From positions 1 to 60,636 of IMG/VR virus record IMGVR_UViG_3300023115_000022: a stretch of DNA of 60,636 nucleotides; one strand, 5' to 3'. The DNA is from a virus. Taxonomy: Duplodnaviria > Caudoviricetes. A program made the translations under genes and the position numbers. This document shows positions 1 through 10,200 of this stretch, in pieces. The first letter of the stretch is position 1; each line of letters begins with the position of its first letter. A model generated the notes under the pieces. That model was not told the DNA's origin, ran no database searches, and was given only the letters and a program-made list of their open reading frames with translations.

Positions 1-19
1 TTTAACGAGGAGAAGTGTT

Positions 20-118
20 ATGGATAGATTCACTTTTTGGTGCTTTCAAAAACTCATCAAACAGCATCATCAAAAAAAAGTTAATTTTTTCTTAGAAAAA
101 ATGCAAAAAAGTGGTTGA
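20..118 (+). CDS. small hypothetical protein (32 aa, MDRFTFWCFQKLIKQHHQKKVNFFLEKMQKSG)
   Basis: ATG at 20, TGA at 116-118, GAGGAG at 7-12 upstream; below the ORF-track length cutoff. Confidence 0.5.
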   Translation: MDRFTFWCFQKLIKQHHQKKVNFFLEKMQKSG

Positions 119-142
119 CTTTTGTTGCAGTGATGTTATTAT
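115..142 (+). promoter_or_regulatory. sigma70-type (early) promoter
   Basis: TTGACT 115-120, 16-nt spacer, extended -10 TG-n-TATTAT (134-142), A/T tracts upstream. Confidence 0.6.
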
Positions 143-148
143 TAATAC

Positions 149-352
149 TGTAGCAAGACGTTGTTACAAGGGTTGGCGCTAATAATCCTGTTTCTAGAGA
201 GGATAAGCGCACTTGTTAGGGGTAGTGCCCGGCGTAGAGTTTGGAGACAAGCAGTGCGCTCACTGTCATACTAGACAGAGCAAGGTGCTAGACGTAACAG
301 ATGAAAGGTATCTAGACGTTTAGTTGGAGGTAAACCCAAGTCCTTCACCCAC
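149..352 (+). ncRNA. candidate structured non-coding RNA, family unassigned
   Basis: GC-richer than flanks, no credible ORF, several helices (149-156/161-168, 206-213/253-260, 263-267/274-278, 288-292/311-315), bracketed by promoter and terminator. Confidence 0.5.
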
Positions 353-361
353 TTTTATTAT

Positions 362-399
362 AAAGCCCGATGCTTAACTGTGTCGGGCTTTTTCCTTTT
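362..399 (+). terminator. Rho-independent terminator
   Basis: AAAGCCCGA(TGC)...(GTG)TCGGGCTTT stem followed by a T-rich tract. Confidence 0.85.
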
Positions 400-401
400 G
401 T

Positions 402-409
402 GATAAATA
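402..409 (+). promoter_or_regulatory. T4-type late promoter
   Basis: GATAAATA, variant of the T4 gp55 consensus TATAAATA, directly after a terminator and before the structural operon. Confidence 0.7.
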
Positions 410-504
410 CTTGTGTTAAAGAGCGAACCTCTATAACGAGGACTTATGCGGATCCTACCGCGTAGACCCTAGAACGGCAATGTTAAAACAAAAGGAGATA
501 TAAC

Positions 505-906
505 ATGGGACGCCCACTCAATAAAAGATACTTCGGTAGCCTTGCAACAGCAGACCAACGTGCAGCAGGTACAGAAACTCAAGAAAATATTCGTGCAGAA
601 GCAAACCTAAATACAACTGGTCGTGTTGATGATGCATTTATTGTTTCACAAAAAGGTTCAAACAAATTTATTTTAAGAAATAAAGCTGGAGATGCAAACT
701 CACAAACTGTTTGCCGTCTAGTAAATAAAACAACTGCAAATATAGCCTTAGGTGAAATGGTTTTATTTGGTACTGACGGAACAGGAAGTAGAATTCCTTT
801 GAAAAAAATTACAGCACGTAGAGCTACTGATTATAATAACAATAGATACACATGGGAAGTGCAAGACGACTCTACTGAAACTGTAATTGTTCTTACAGCA
901 CTATAA
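505..906 (+). CDS. hypothetical virion-associated protein (133 aa)
   Basis: strong AAGGAG RBS, first gene of a late operon. Confidence 0.6.
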   Translation: MGRPLNKRYFGSLATADQRAAGTETQENIRAEANLNTTGRVDDAFIVSQKGSNKFILRNKAGDANSQTVCRLVNKTTANIALGEMVLFGTDGTGSRIPLKKITARRATDYNNNRYTWEVQDDSTETVIVLTAL

Positions 907-925
907 GATAATAAGGTAATAATAT

Positions 926-1966
926 ATGTCAAAAGTAGTTAGAGTAACAAATGGCAATTATAAAGTTGTAGTAGATAATCCAGGAGATGCATCTGGAGGA
1001 CTAATAACACTTGACACTACTGGCGGCTATACCACAGACAGAGGTAAAGTAGTGATCACTGGAGACTTAGAAGTCAAAGGTATCACTACAACTGTCGAAT
1101 CAACTGTAACAACTATTGCAGACAATATTATTACTCTTAATGAAGGGCAAACCGGAGCAGGTATAAGTGCTTCACTAGGATATCAAGCTGGTATTGAAGT
1201 TGACAGAGGTAGTTACCCCACTGCAAGGATGGTATTTGATGAGAGTATTCCGTATGTAACTGGTGGTTCTAGTGGGACAGGATCTTGGATTTTTGAAAAC
1301 AATGCGGGACAATATCTTCCTGTAAGTTTTAATAGTTTAAATTCTCAAGGAACGTTATATATTACTACACCTGGTAGTGCAATTAATGTTGCAGGAACTG
1401 TTGATTATGAAGAAAATGTTTTTACATATACAGGCGGCGTAATAGTTGACGGTGGCAGTGGTGTTGTTGTTAACAATGATCATGTACCTAATGCAAAAGC
1501 AGTAGTGGATTATGTTGATTATGCACTAGCAACTAACCTACAAGATGCTATTCAGGAAGGTGATACTAGTGTTGCTACTGAAGATTTTGATGAAACAGGA
1601 GTAGAAAGTAGAGTTAAAGTTACGGTTGATGGAATAGTAAGTGCAGAGTTCTTTTCTAATAGACTAACACTATCAGACCTACAAATTATTGGTAATGAAA
1701 TACAAACAACAGATTCGTTAAATCAAAATCTAGTATTAAGTGCTAACGGTACTGGCACTGTAAAAGTAAAAGATGTTTTAGAAATTACTGAAACACCAGG
1801 AGATAATGATAGTTTATTAGATCCTACAGCACCAGATGAAGGTATTAAAGTATATTCTAAACCAGAAGCAGGTGGTAATACAGGACTTTATTTTGTAAAT
1901 AAAGATAATACCACAGATGAAATAATAAGTAGAAATAGATCACTAGTTTTTAGTATGCTATTCTAA
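926..1966 (+). CDS. virion structural/fibre-type protein (346 aa)
   Basis: ITGDLEVKGITTTVEST...DNIITLN fibre motif; GNEIQT...NLVLSANGTG repeat shared with downstream fibre proteins. Confidence 0.65.
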   Translation: MSKVVRVTNGNYKVVVDNPGDASGGLITLDTTGGYTTDRGKVVITGDLEVKGITTTVESTVTTIADNIITLNEGQTGAGISASLGYQAGIEVDRGSYPTARMVFDESIPYVTGGSSGTGSWIFENNAGQYLPVSFNSLNSQGTLYITTPGSAINVAGTVDYEENVFTYTGGVIVDGGSGVVVNNDHVPNAKAVVDYVDYALATNLQDAIQEGDTSVATEDFDETGVESRVKVTVDGIVSAEFFSNRLTLSDLQIIGNEIQTTDSLNQNLVLSANGTGTVKVKDVLEITETPGDNDSLLDPTAPDEGIKVYSKPEAGGNTGLYFVNKDNTTDEIISRNRSLVFSMLF

Positions 1967-1977
1967 AAGGAAACAAA

Positions 1978-2334
1978 ATGGCTATAGTAAATCAAAGACT
2001 TACAACAACACAACTAGATATTTTAACTGTTCCGGCAGGTAAATCATATGCAGTAACAAACATTATGGTTTGTAATTCTTACGATCCAGATGCAGTAGAT
2101 GCTGCTAGTCATGATGCAAAGTTTGATTTACACCTAATACCAAGCGGAACATCGCTAAGTCAAACAAGAACCATAGTTGTAAATCAATTAACTTTACCAG
2201 CAGGTGAAACATTTACTTTTGATAGCGAACGTATAGTTCTAGAAGCAGGAGATATAATTGCATTTATAGCAGAACCGGATGTAGGAAGTTCTAATACTGA
2301 TTTGGCTGCTACAGTAAGTTATTTGGAAGTTTAA
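1978..2334 (+). CDS. small beta-rich structural protein, paralogue of 11266-11595 and 26091-26417
   Basis: TVPAG...IMVCN...LPAGET...RIVLEAGD pattern shared with the other two. Confidence 0.6.
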   Translation: MAIVNQRLTTTQLDILTVPAGKSYAVTNIMVCNSYDPDAVDAASHDAKFDLHLIPSGTSLSQTRTIVVNQLTLPAGETFTFDSERIVLEAGDIIAFIAEPDVGSSNTDLAATVSYLEV

Positions 2335-3137
2335 TGAGACTAATAAAAGGACAAAATACAAACTTACGAAACATCTACGGTAAAGGTGTTAAGTATGATG
2401 TCAATGACGAAGTTATTGTTGACAGTACTAACGTAATGCTTGTTCCTAAGGGAACAGAGAACCAACGTCCTGATAATCCTACCAACGGACATATGCGTTA
2501 TAACACAGACGATAATGAGTTTGAATTTTATCAAAATAGTGCCTGGCGCAAAGTTAGATACAAAGAGCCTAGAACTATTGTACAACAAAACTTAGGTTCT
2601 GGTGATGCAGTAGAAACTATTTTTGGTCCATTAGATAATGGCGATACAGATTACCCAGATCCTCAAAACAGCGGAGGATCAACAGACATACTTGTATTTG
2701 TAGAAAATGTCTTTCAAATATATGGTACAAATTATACTCTTACACAAAATCCTGGAAATAGATTAGAAGTAACAAGCATTGTAAGCGTTGGAGCTACAAC
2801 AGTTATAGAAGTATCAGGTACACATGGTTTAACGACAGGTGACCAAGTATACATTAGTGGAATAGAATCAGATATTGATGATGATTTAGAAAACCTAAAC
2901 ACAGATGATAGTTCTTCTCCAGGAAGTCACGGTGTTGTTAGTGCTCCGAGTGCAACACGTTTAGAAATAGCTGTTGATACTACTGGTGCTAACATAGGTA
3001 ACTATGTCAGCGGAACAGGTTTTATATTAAAAGTTGGCACAAGCACAGGCCCATATGTTCCAGGATGGTATTTGTCGTTTACATCTGCTGTAGACTTAGA
3101 CAAACCTGTTACAGTGCTACATAATTTCAACAAATAA
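2334..3137 (+). CDS. virion structural protein with an inserted ~90-aa beta domain (267 aa)
   Basis: VPKGTENQRP...GHMRYN fibre motif; HGLTTGDQVYISG domain (E1 FCCH-like) duplicated in the next gene. Confidence 0.65.
   Translation: MRLIKGQNTNLRNIYGKGVKYDVNDEVIVDSTNVMLVPKGTENQRPDNPTNGHMRYNTDDNEFEFYQNSAWRKVRYKEPRTIVQQNLGSGDAVETIFGPLDNGDTDYPDPQNSGGSTDILVFVENVFQIYGTNYTLTQNPGNRLEVTSIVSVGATTVIEVSGTHGLTTGDQVYISGIESDIDDDLENLNTDDSSSPGSHGVVSAPSATRLEIAVDTTGANIGNYVSGTGFILKVGTSTGPYVPGWYLSFTSAVDLDKPVTVLHNFNK
2760..3029 (+). repeat. copy 1 of a 270-nt dispersed coding repeat (copy 2 at 6637-6906)
   Basis: RLEVTSIVSVGATTVIEV...GTGFIL aligns without gaps to RLNITSIVSVGSTTVIEV...GTGYVL. Confidence 0.9.
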
Positions 3138-3140
3138 TAC

Positions 3141-3148
3141 TATAAATA
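3141..3148 (+). promoter_or_regulatory. T4-type late promoter
   Basis: exact TATAAATA in the intergenic gap. Confidence 0.75.
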
Positions 3149-3168
3149 CTGTGTCAAGGAGATATTAA

Positions 3169-6100
3169 GTGGCACAAGTAGGTAGAATTTCAGGTCCATT
3201 GCTATTTGCAAATTTAGAGCGTAACGGCATTGACCTTGCCTTTAGGAATACATTAAGCGACACACAACTTTTATATTTAAATGTAAACAACGGAATCATT
3301 GGTGTTAATAAAGCTAATCCTGGAAATCAGCTAGATATTAGTGGCACTACAAAAACAACAAATTTAATTGCAGAAACAAATGCTCAGATAGCTGACTTTG
3401 ATATCAGTACAGGACAAATACAAAATTTGTCCGGAGATATTAATTTAAATGCAGCAAGTTCTATTAATTTAAGTAATTTTCAAACAGACAATGTAAAAAT
3501 TACCGACAATACAATATCAACTTACAGATCAAATGCTAATATAGAATTAAAAACTAACGGAACTGGTACTATAGAATCTCTTTCTTCTGTAAATGTATAC
3601 GGAGATATACATTCTACAGGAGATATAACAATGGACGGTAACATTGTTATAGGCGATGCTGCTGATGACTCTACATATCCTACAGATACAATTACACTTA
3701 ATGCAGATATTGCAAGCGATATGTTACCTGATATTAATGTGACTTATGATATTGGATTGCCTAACAAACGTTTTATATTACTTGAAGCACAGTCAATTAA
3801 TGGAAATATTACAATTTCAGGAGGCATTGATGCCGCAGGAGCAGTATTAACAGAACGAGCAGGTAACATATTTTATGTTGCAGAAAATGGCGATGATACT
3901 AATGTAGGAGATCATCCTAACGGTCCTTTCAAAACTTTGAAACATGCCCTGAGTGTTGCAGATGCAAGCATAGGCGGTCCAGTAACAATCTATGTTTATC
4001 CCGGCGGCTATGAAGAAGAGTTACCATTAGTCATTCCTACAAACACTAGTATAATTGGTTTAGATATGCGCAATACATTTATAAGACCAGAAAGTGCATA
4101 TCAAAGTGAAGACGTATTTCATTTAAATGGCGAAACAACTATTCAAAACTTAACTGTTACAGATTTTTATTATGACAGTGTAGGAGACACCGGATATGCA
4201 TTCCGCTTTGCACCTAATGCAGTTATTACATCTCGATCTCCATATGTACAAAACGTAACAGTTATAACAAAGGGTACAACAACAAGTGCAAGTGACCCTA
4301 GAGGCTTTGCTAGTGGTGATGCAGGTAAAGGTGCATTAGTTGATGGCGGGGTAGTTCCTAGTGCAAGTGAAGAAGCAAGTATGCTCTTCCATAGTTGTAC
4401 GTTTATTACTCCTGGTGTAGATGCAATTACAATGACTAACGGTGTTAGAGTAGAATGGTTAAACTCGTTTACCTACTTTGCTAACAGAGGATTATACGCT
4501 AAAAATGGAGTTACAGGTCATTTAAGTACAGATGGCTCAACAGTCAAGTACGGTGCAGAAATACGCTCTATTGGATCAGCAAACGTATACGGTAACTATG
4601 GTGCTGTAGCAGATGGTGCAGATTGTTTAATGTATCTAATACAACACAACTTTGCTTACATTGGCGTAGGAAAATATGTTGACAATGATCCTAGCAGAGT
4701 TATACAAAGCCAAGAAGCTACAGAACTTAATAGTGGTAAAATATATTATCAATCAATTGATCATTTGGGTAACTTTAGGGTAGGTGACGACTTTACTATT
4801 AATCAGGAAACTGGCGAAACAACATTAAATTTAACTGAAGCTGATATCGATTCTTTAAACGGTTTAACAATAACTACAAATAATCAAACTACCTATATAG
4901 ATGGTGAAAGAGTTCAAACCGGAAATATTAGACTTTCAGGAAATACGATTTCAAGTTTAGCAGGCGCAATTAATATTAGTGCAGCAAGTGGTAATATAAA
5001 TTATCTAGATGACACATCTATAAGTAAAAATTTAGATGTTAGTGGCAATTTAAGCGTCGGCGGCGCATTGATAACTCTAGGAGATCAGCCTACAGATACA
5101 ATTAATTTTGAAACAGAATTTACACAAAATATTGTTCCTGATATTAGTGGTTTATATAACTTAGGATCTTCTTCTAAGACATGGAAAAACATATGGCTAT
5201 CTCAAGCGCAGATATCAGATATAAAAATACAAGATAATTTTATAACTACATCAGCATCTAATGCTGATTTAGAACTTAGGGCAAATAGCACTGGTAAAAT
5301 TTATATTCCTAATAATAATGTTAATTTTTTAAATGCATTGACAGTTAACGGCGATACTAGTTTAAAAAATACAACTATTACAGGAACATTTACTCCTATT
5401 GGCGATTTAGATTTTACAGGAAATTTTTCTACAACTAATCTCAATATTAGTGAAACATTAAATGTTAATCAAGTTGTAAATCTAGAATCAATAAAGATAG
5501 ATGACAATTACATTACAACAACAGTAAGTAATGCAGATTTAGAATTTAGAGCAGCTGGAAGCGGTATAGTATTAGTTCCTAACAACAATGTAGAAATAGA
5601 TCAAAATTTAACAACCACAAATATAAACACATATGATTTAACTACAAATCAAAATATAACTAGTGTAGAATTGTACGCAAGCAATAATTTACACATTAGA
5701 GACAACTATATAGAAACCACTGAGTCTAACAGCAACTTAGAACTAAGAGCAAATGGAACAGGTAAAGTTTTTATACCTAACCAAGTTTTAATAGATAATA
5801 ATCTTAGTGTGCTTAACAATCTTACCTTTATAGGAGATTTAGGCGCAGATGATATACTCGGTGTAACCAATGTTAACGGTGATCAATTTTATGCTGAAAT
5901 ATTACAAACAGACGATCAAATTAGAATTTGGGATAATAACATTGCTACTGTTGTTTCAAATGCAAATTTAGAACTTAGAGCAAATGGTACTGGTGCTGTT
6001 TTATTAGAACAACTACAATTTAATGATGGTACAATAATAACAGGAAACTTAGATAGTTCCGATGTTGATTTAAATTTAACAGCAGATAATATAAACATTA

Positions 6101-7077
6101 CATCCACAGCATCTTTACAAATACCTGTAGGAGACACTTCAGAAAGAGATACTAAATTAGGTGATTTGAGATTTAATTCTGATGATAATGTTTTTGAGGG
6201 TTATAACGGAACGTCATTTACTGGTTTTGGCGGTGTTTACTCAGATGATAGATTAACAAGTGTAACCGTAGATGCATTTTCTAACAACATTAGAATGATT
6301 GTTGGCGGAGGTTACAGTCCTTTAGATTCTACTGATTTAAGAGTAGAAATCACTGACAAACTTGTAGCAAATAGAATTGATGTTGATGATATACGAATTA
6401 ACAGTAATGTAATCACAACAACATTAAGCAACAGTAATTTAGAATTTGTTACTAATGGCACAGGTGACTTAGTAATAGATGATGTAAGTTTTGAAAATAA
6501 TTTAATAAAAAACAATGCAACTTCAGGAACAAGTTTATTAATAGGAAACACTGGACAAGGTAAAGTTAAGTTTGACGGCACATATGGTGTAGTTGTACCA
6601 TACGGTGAAACTAAAGACCAACCTATTTATTCTGGTAGATTAAACATTACAAGCATTGTTAGCGTAGGGTCTACGACAGTTATTGAAGTAGCCAGTGCGC
6701 ATGGATTGACAACTGGTGATCAAGTTTATATAAGCGGTGTTGAAAGTGCGCCTGATGATGCATTAGAAAATCTTAACACAGATGATAGTACATCTCCAGG
6801 AAGCCATGGTGTTGTTAGTGCGCCTACTACAACAAGATTGGAAATTGCTGTTGATACTTCGGGCGCAGTAATAGGTAATTATGTTGCTGGTACAGGTTAT
6901 GTGTTAGGTAGAAATTCTGTCAATCCGCCAGTTGGTGACACAAGATGGAATACAGAAACAAGAATATTAGAGACTTGGGACGGTGATGTGTACATTGCAT
7001 CTGCAGGTGTGTTTACTGCTATTACTCAGTCCGAATTTGACGACTTACTTTTAGAATATACTCTAGCACTAGGGTAA
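3169..7077 (+). CDS. large tail/baseplate fibre-like protein (1302 aa, GTG start), paralogue of 7212-11261
   Basis: AAGGAG RBS; six I.DN.I.TT.SN..LE.R.NGTG-type repeats; YVAENGDD...PFKTLKHAL start of a beta-helix-like domain. Confidence 0.7.
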   Translation: MAQVGRISGPLLFANLERNGIDLAFRNTLSDTQLLYLNVNNGIIGVNKANPGNQLDISGTTKTTNLIAETNAQIADFDISTGQIQNLSGDINLNAASSINLSNFQTDNVKITDNTISTYRSNANIELKTNGTGTIESLSSVNVYGDIHSTGDITMDGNIVIGDAADDSTYPTDTITLNADIASDMLPDINVTYDIGLPNKRFILLEAQSINGNITISGGIDAAGAVLTERAGNIFYVAENGDDTNVGDHPNGPFKTLKHALSVADASIGGPVTIYVYPGGYEEELPLVIPTNTSIIGLDMRNTFIRPESAYQSEDVFHLNGETTIQNLTVTDFYYDSVGDTGYAFRFAPNAVITSRSPYVQNVTVITKGTTTSASDPRGFASGDAGKGALVDGGVVPSASEEASMLFHSCTFITPGVDAITMTNGVRVEWLNSFTYFANRGLYAKNGVTGHLSTDGSTVKYGAEIRSIGSANVYGNYGAVADGADCLMYLIQHNFAYIGVGKYVDNDPSRVIQSQEATELNSGKIYYQSIDHLGNFRVGDDFTINQETGETTLNLTEADIDSLNGLTITTNNQTTYIDGERVQTGNIRLSGNTISSLAGAINISAASGNINYLDDTSISKNLDVSGNLSVGGALITLGDQPTDTINFETEFTQNIVPDISGLYNLGSSSKTWKNIWLSQAQISDIKIQDNFITTSASNADLELRANSTGKIYIPNNNVNFLNALTVNGDTSLKNTTITGTFTPIGDLDFTGNFSTTNLNISETLNVNQVVNLESIKIDDNYITTTVSNADLEFRAAGSGIVLVPNNNVEIDQNLTTTNINTYDLTTNQNITSVELYASNNLHIRDNYIETTESNSNLELRANGTGKVFIPNQVLIDNNLSVLNNLTFIGDLGADDILGVTNVNGDQFYAEILQTDDQIRIWDNNIATVVSNANLELRANGTGAVLLEQLQFNDGTIITGNLDSSDVDLNLTADNINITSTASLQIPVGDTSERDTKLGDLRFNSDDNVFEGYNGTSFTGFGGVYSDDRLTSVTVDAFSNNIRMIVGGGYSPLDSTDLRVEITDKLVANRIDVDDIRINSNVITTTLSNSNLEFVTNGTGDLVIDDVSFENNLIKNNATSGTSLLIGNTGQGKVKFDGTYGVVVPYGETKDQPIYSGRLNITSIVSVGSTTVIEVASAHGLTTGDQVYISGVESAPDDALENLNTDDSTSPGSHGVVSAPTTTRLEIAVDTSGAVIGNYVAGTGYVLGRNSVNPPVGDTRWNTETRILETWDGDVYIASAGVFTAITQSEFDDLLLEYTLALG
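6637..6906 (+). repeat. copy 2 of the 270-nt dispersed coding repeat
   Basis: see 2760-3029. Confidence 0.9.
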
Positions 7078-7099
7078 CAAGCACTTATTTTCTTAATCC

Positions 7100-7107
7100 G
7101 ATAAATA
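7100..7107 (+). promoter_or_regulatory. T4-type late promoter
   Basis: GATAAATA in the intergenic gap. Confidence 0.7.
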
Positions 7108-7112
7108 CTATT

Positions 7113-7211
7113 AATGCTACAAAGGACGACCAATCCGTAGCAGGACGAACTGTGGTCAACCCGCAATGTAAGGTGGTTGGAGGGACAGGATCCCCGTATT
7201 GAGGAGAAGAG
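7113..7211 (+). promoter_or_regulatory. structured 5' leader with a possible pseudoknot
   Basis: GC-rich ~100-nt leader; helices 7115-7120/7137-7142, 7151-7155/7161-7165, 7157-7160/7176-7179, 7182-7185/7191-7194. Confidence 0.45.
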
Positions 7212-10200
7212 ATGGCTGTTGGTCGTATATCAGGTCCGCTCTTAAAGTCTAACTTGATCCGTAATGGGATTGATTTAGCCTTTGAGACAGACTTACTGTA
7301 TCTAGATGTTAATAATCAGCGCATCGGCATAAAAAGAAGCGCACCTCAATACGAATTAGACATAAACGGTACTACACGCACAACTAATTTAATTGTTGAT
7401 ACAGAAGCAGATATTGCTGATATTAACATAGTTGGCAACACTATAAGTACTACAAATCCGTACTTAAACTTAGGCACACTTGATACCGTAGTTTATCAAA
7501 ACAAAGCACGTATTGATAGCATTGATATCGAAGGCAATGTTATTAGTACTAATAATTCTAATGCAAATCTAGAACTCCGTCCAAACGGCACTGGCACTGT
7601 AGAAGTGTTTAGTAATATGAATGTTGATGGAAACATACATGCAACAGGAAATATAACTGCTGACGGCAATATTACTTTAGGTGACGCAGATACAGATAGT
7701 ATTACTATTAATGCAGAAATTGCAAGTGATATTATCCCAGACTTACATCAAACATATACATTAGGTAGTCCATCTAAAAAATGGAAAGATGTATGGGTAA
7801 ATCAAATTACAACAGATTCTTTAACAGTAGGCGATCTTACTGTAGACGGAATTGATCTAATACTTAGACAAGGAAACATATATTATGTTGCTGAAAATGG
7901 CAGCGATACTGCAAGTGGTGATCACCCACAAGATCCCTTTGCTAGTATAAAACATGCATTGAGTCAATCAACTGCCGGCGATCTTGTATATGTTTATCCT
8001 GGAATATACACAGAAGAATTTCCTTTAACTGTTCCAGTTGGTGTAACACTTAAAGGTACAGGTTTAAGAGCTGTAACAATCCAACCAACAACAGATACAC
8101 GATATAATGACGCAATCATTGTTAACGGAGAAAGTACTGTTGAAGATTTAATGTTAACAGGATTTTATAGTGGTAAAAAATTATATGAAGTAACACAAAT
8201 TGACAACAGCACCACAATTAGAATCAATGTAGGCACTGCACCGTTTGCTCATACATATGTAAGTGGTGGTACTATAAATGCAGACGATAGTACATCGTTG
8301 ATTGCAAATGTAACAAATGCTGTTTATGATCACACAACAGGCGAAATTGTAATTACTACAGATGTTGCCCATGATACTTACGTTGGTGCAAACTTATATT
8401 TTGGTGGACTAGTTTTTAGTTGCAATGGAGGAAATAGAACATTTCCTGATAACGGTTACGGTTTTCGATTCGCTACAGATTTTGAAGTAACAACTCGTTC
8501 TCCTTACATCAGAAACGTAACAGTAATTACAAATGGTAGCACAACAACCGCAGATGATCCTAGAGGTTACTTGTCAGGCGATGCAGGTAAAGGAGCATAC
8601 ATTGACGGGGCATATGCAACAGCAAATTCTAAAGAAGCAAGTATGTTGTTCCATAGTGCAACATTTATTACTCCAGGTGTAGAATGTATTACAGCAACAA
8701 ACGGAGTTAGAGTAGAATGGTTAAACTCATTTACATATTTTGCAGAAAAGTCTGTTTATGCATTTGATAGCAACGACGGATTAGCTGGAGATGGTAAAAC
8801 CCGTATAAGATTAAGCGGCATAAGCGGCCCGGGATTTGCTGCATCAGACACAGTAACATTTACTTCAACAGACGCTTCTACTGTTGTAAACATAACTGTA
8901 GAAAGTGTAGAAGATTCCGACATACTAATAGTAGACGGAAAGAATGTAGATCTACTAGACTTTGACACAACTCCAGCAAGTATATCTAATGGTAGTGGAA
9001 CAACTGCAACAACAATAGAGTTTGTAGATGTAAGAGATTTTGGTGCAGAGATACGCATGATAGGTTCTGCTTCAGTTTACGGTAACTATGGATTATATGG
9101 TGACGGCCCTGGTGTAATTGTTTATGCAATAGGACAAAATTTAGCATATATTGGAAATGGCAAAGAAGTTACTAATGATGCAGAAAGCGTTGATCAAACC
9201 AAAGAAGTTACAGAATTAAATGATGCAAAAATAAGATATAATTCTGTTGATCACAAAGGTGATTTTAGAGTTGGAGACCTTTTTTATGTAAATCAAGAAG
9301 ATGGAACAGTTAGTTTTGTTGCTAGTGCATTAAACATTGATCTAACATCTGGGGCAACATTTACAACAGGATCTAGCACAACATTTATAAATGGTGAAAG
9401 AATTGACACCGGCAATTTAAGAATAAGCGGAAATACAGTATCTAGTACATCTGGCGATATAAACTTTGATGCAACAAGTGATCAAATTAATTTACAAAAT
9501 AATGTTAGCGTAACAGGAAATTTAGATGTAACAGGCGATGTAAGTATAGGTGGTAACATTACCATTGGCGATGAAGCATCAGATAGCTTACAAATTATTG
9601 CCGGTATAAACAGTAATCTAATACCAGCAACCACAAGCACATACTCTTTAGGTATATCAACTAACACATGGTCAAATCTTTTTGTTGACCAAGTTAATGT
9701 AGACAATATAAAAATAGATACAAATTATATAACAACTACAGAATCTAATAGCGATTTAGAATTACGGGCAAATGGTACAGGTGAAGTACTTGTACCAACA
9801 AACGATGTACAAATAGATAATAATTTAAATGTTGATGGAACAACAACCTTATCAGATACTACTATCAACGGAACATTTACACTTGTAGGAGATATTAACC
9901 AAACAGGTGATACTAATGTAACAGGAAATGTTACTGTAACACAAGATATAGACGTTGCAGGTGCAGCACAATTTGAAGATATTTTAATAAATGACAATTA
10001 TATAACAACAACATCTTCAAATGCAAATTTAGAATTAAGAGCAAGCGGCTCTGGTGTAATTAAAGTTCCAAGCAATAATGTTACATTTAGTCAAGACTTA
10101 ACTGTAGGGCAAAACATTTCTGTTGTAAATGTTACTGCAAGCAACACAGTTACTTCTAATAATTTTAATATAAGCGATATTAAAATAGACGACAACTATA

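Noticed and set aside
149-352. tRNA, tmRNA or hammerhead ribozyme assignment
   Set aside because: No cloverleaf with a TTC-type T-loop and CCA end, and no CTGA-N-GA/GAAA core; left as an unassigned ncRNA candidate
2760-6906. Diversity-generating retroelement template/variable repeat pair
   Set aside because: Both copies are in-frame coding, differences are not confined to adenines, and no reverse transcriptase is in the window
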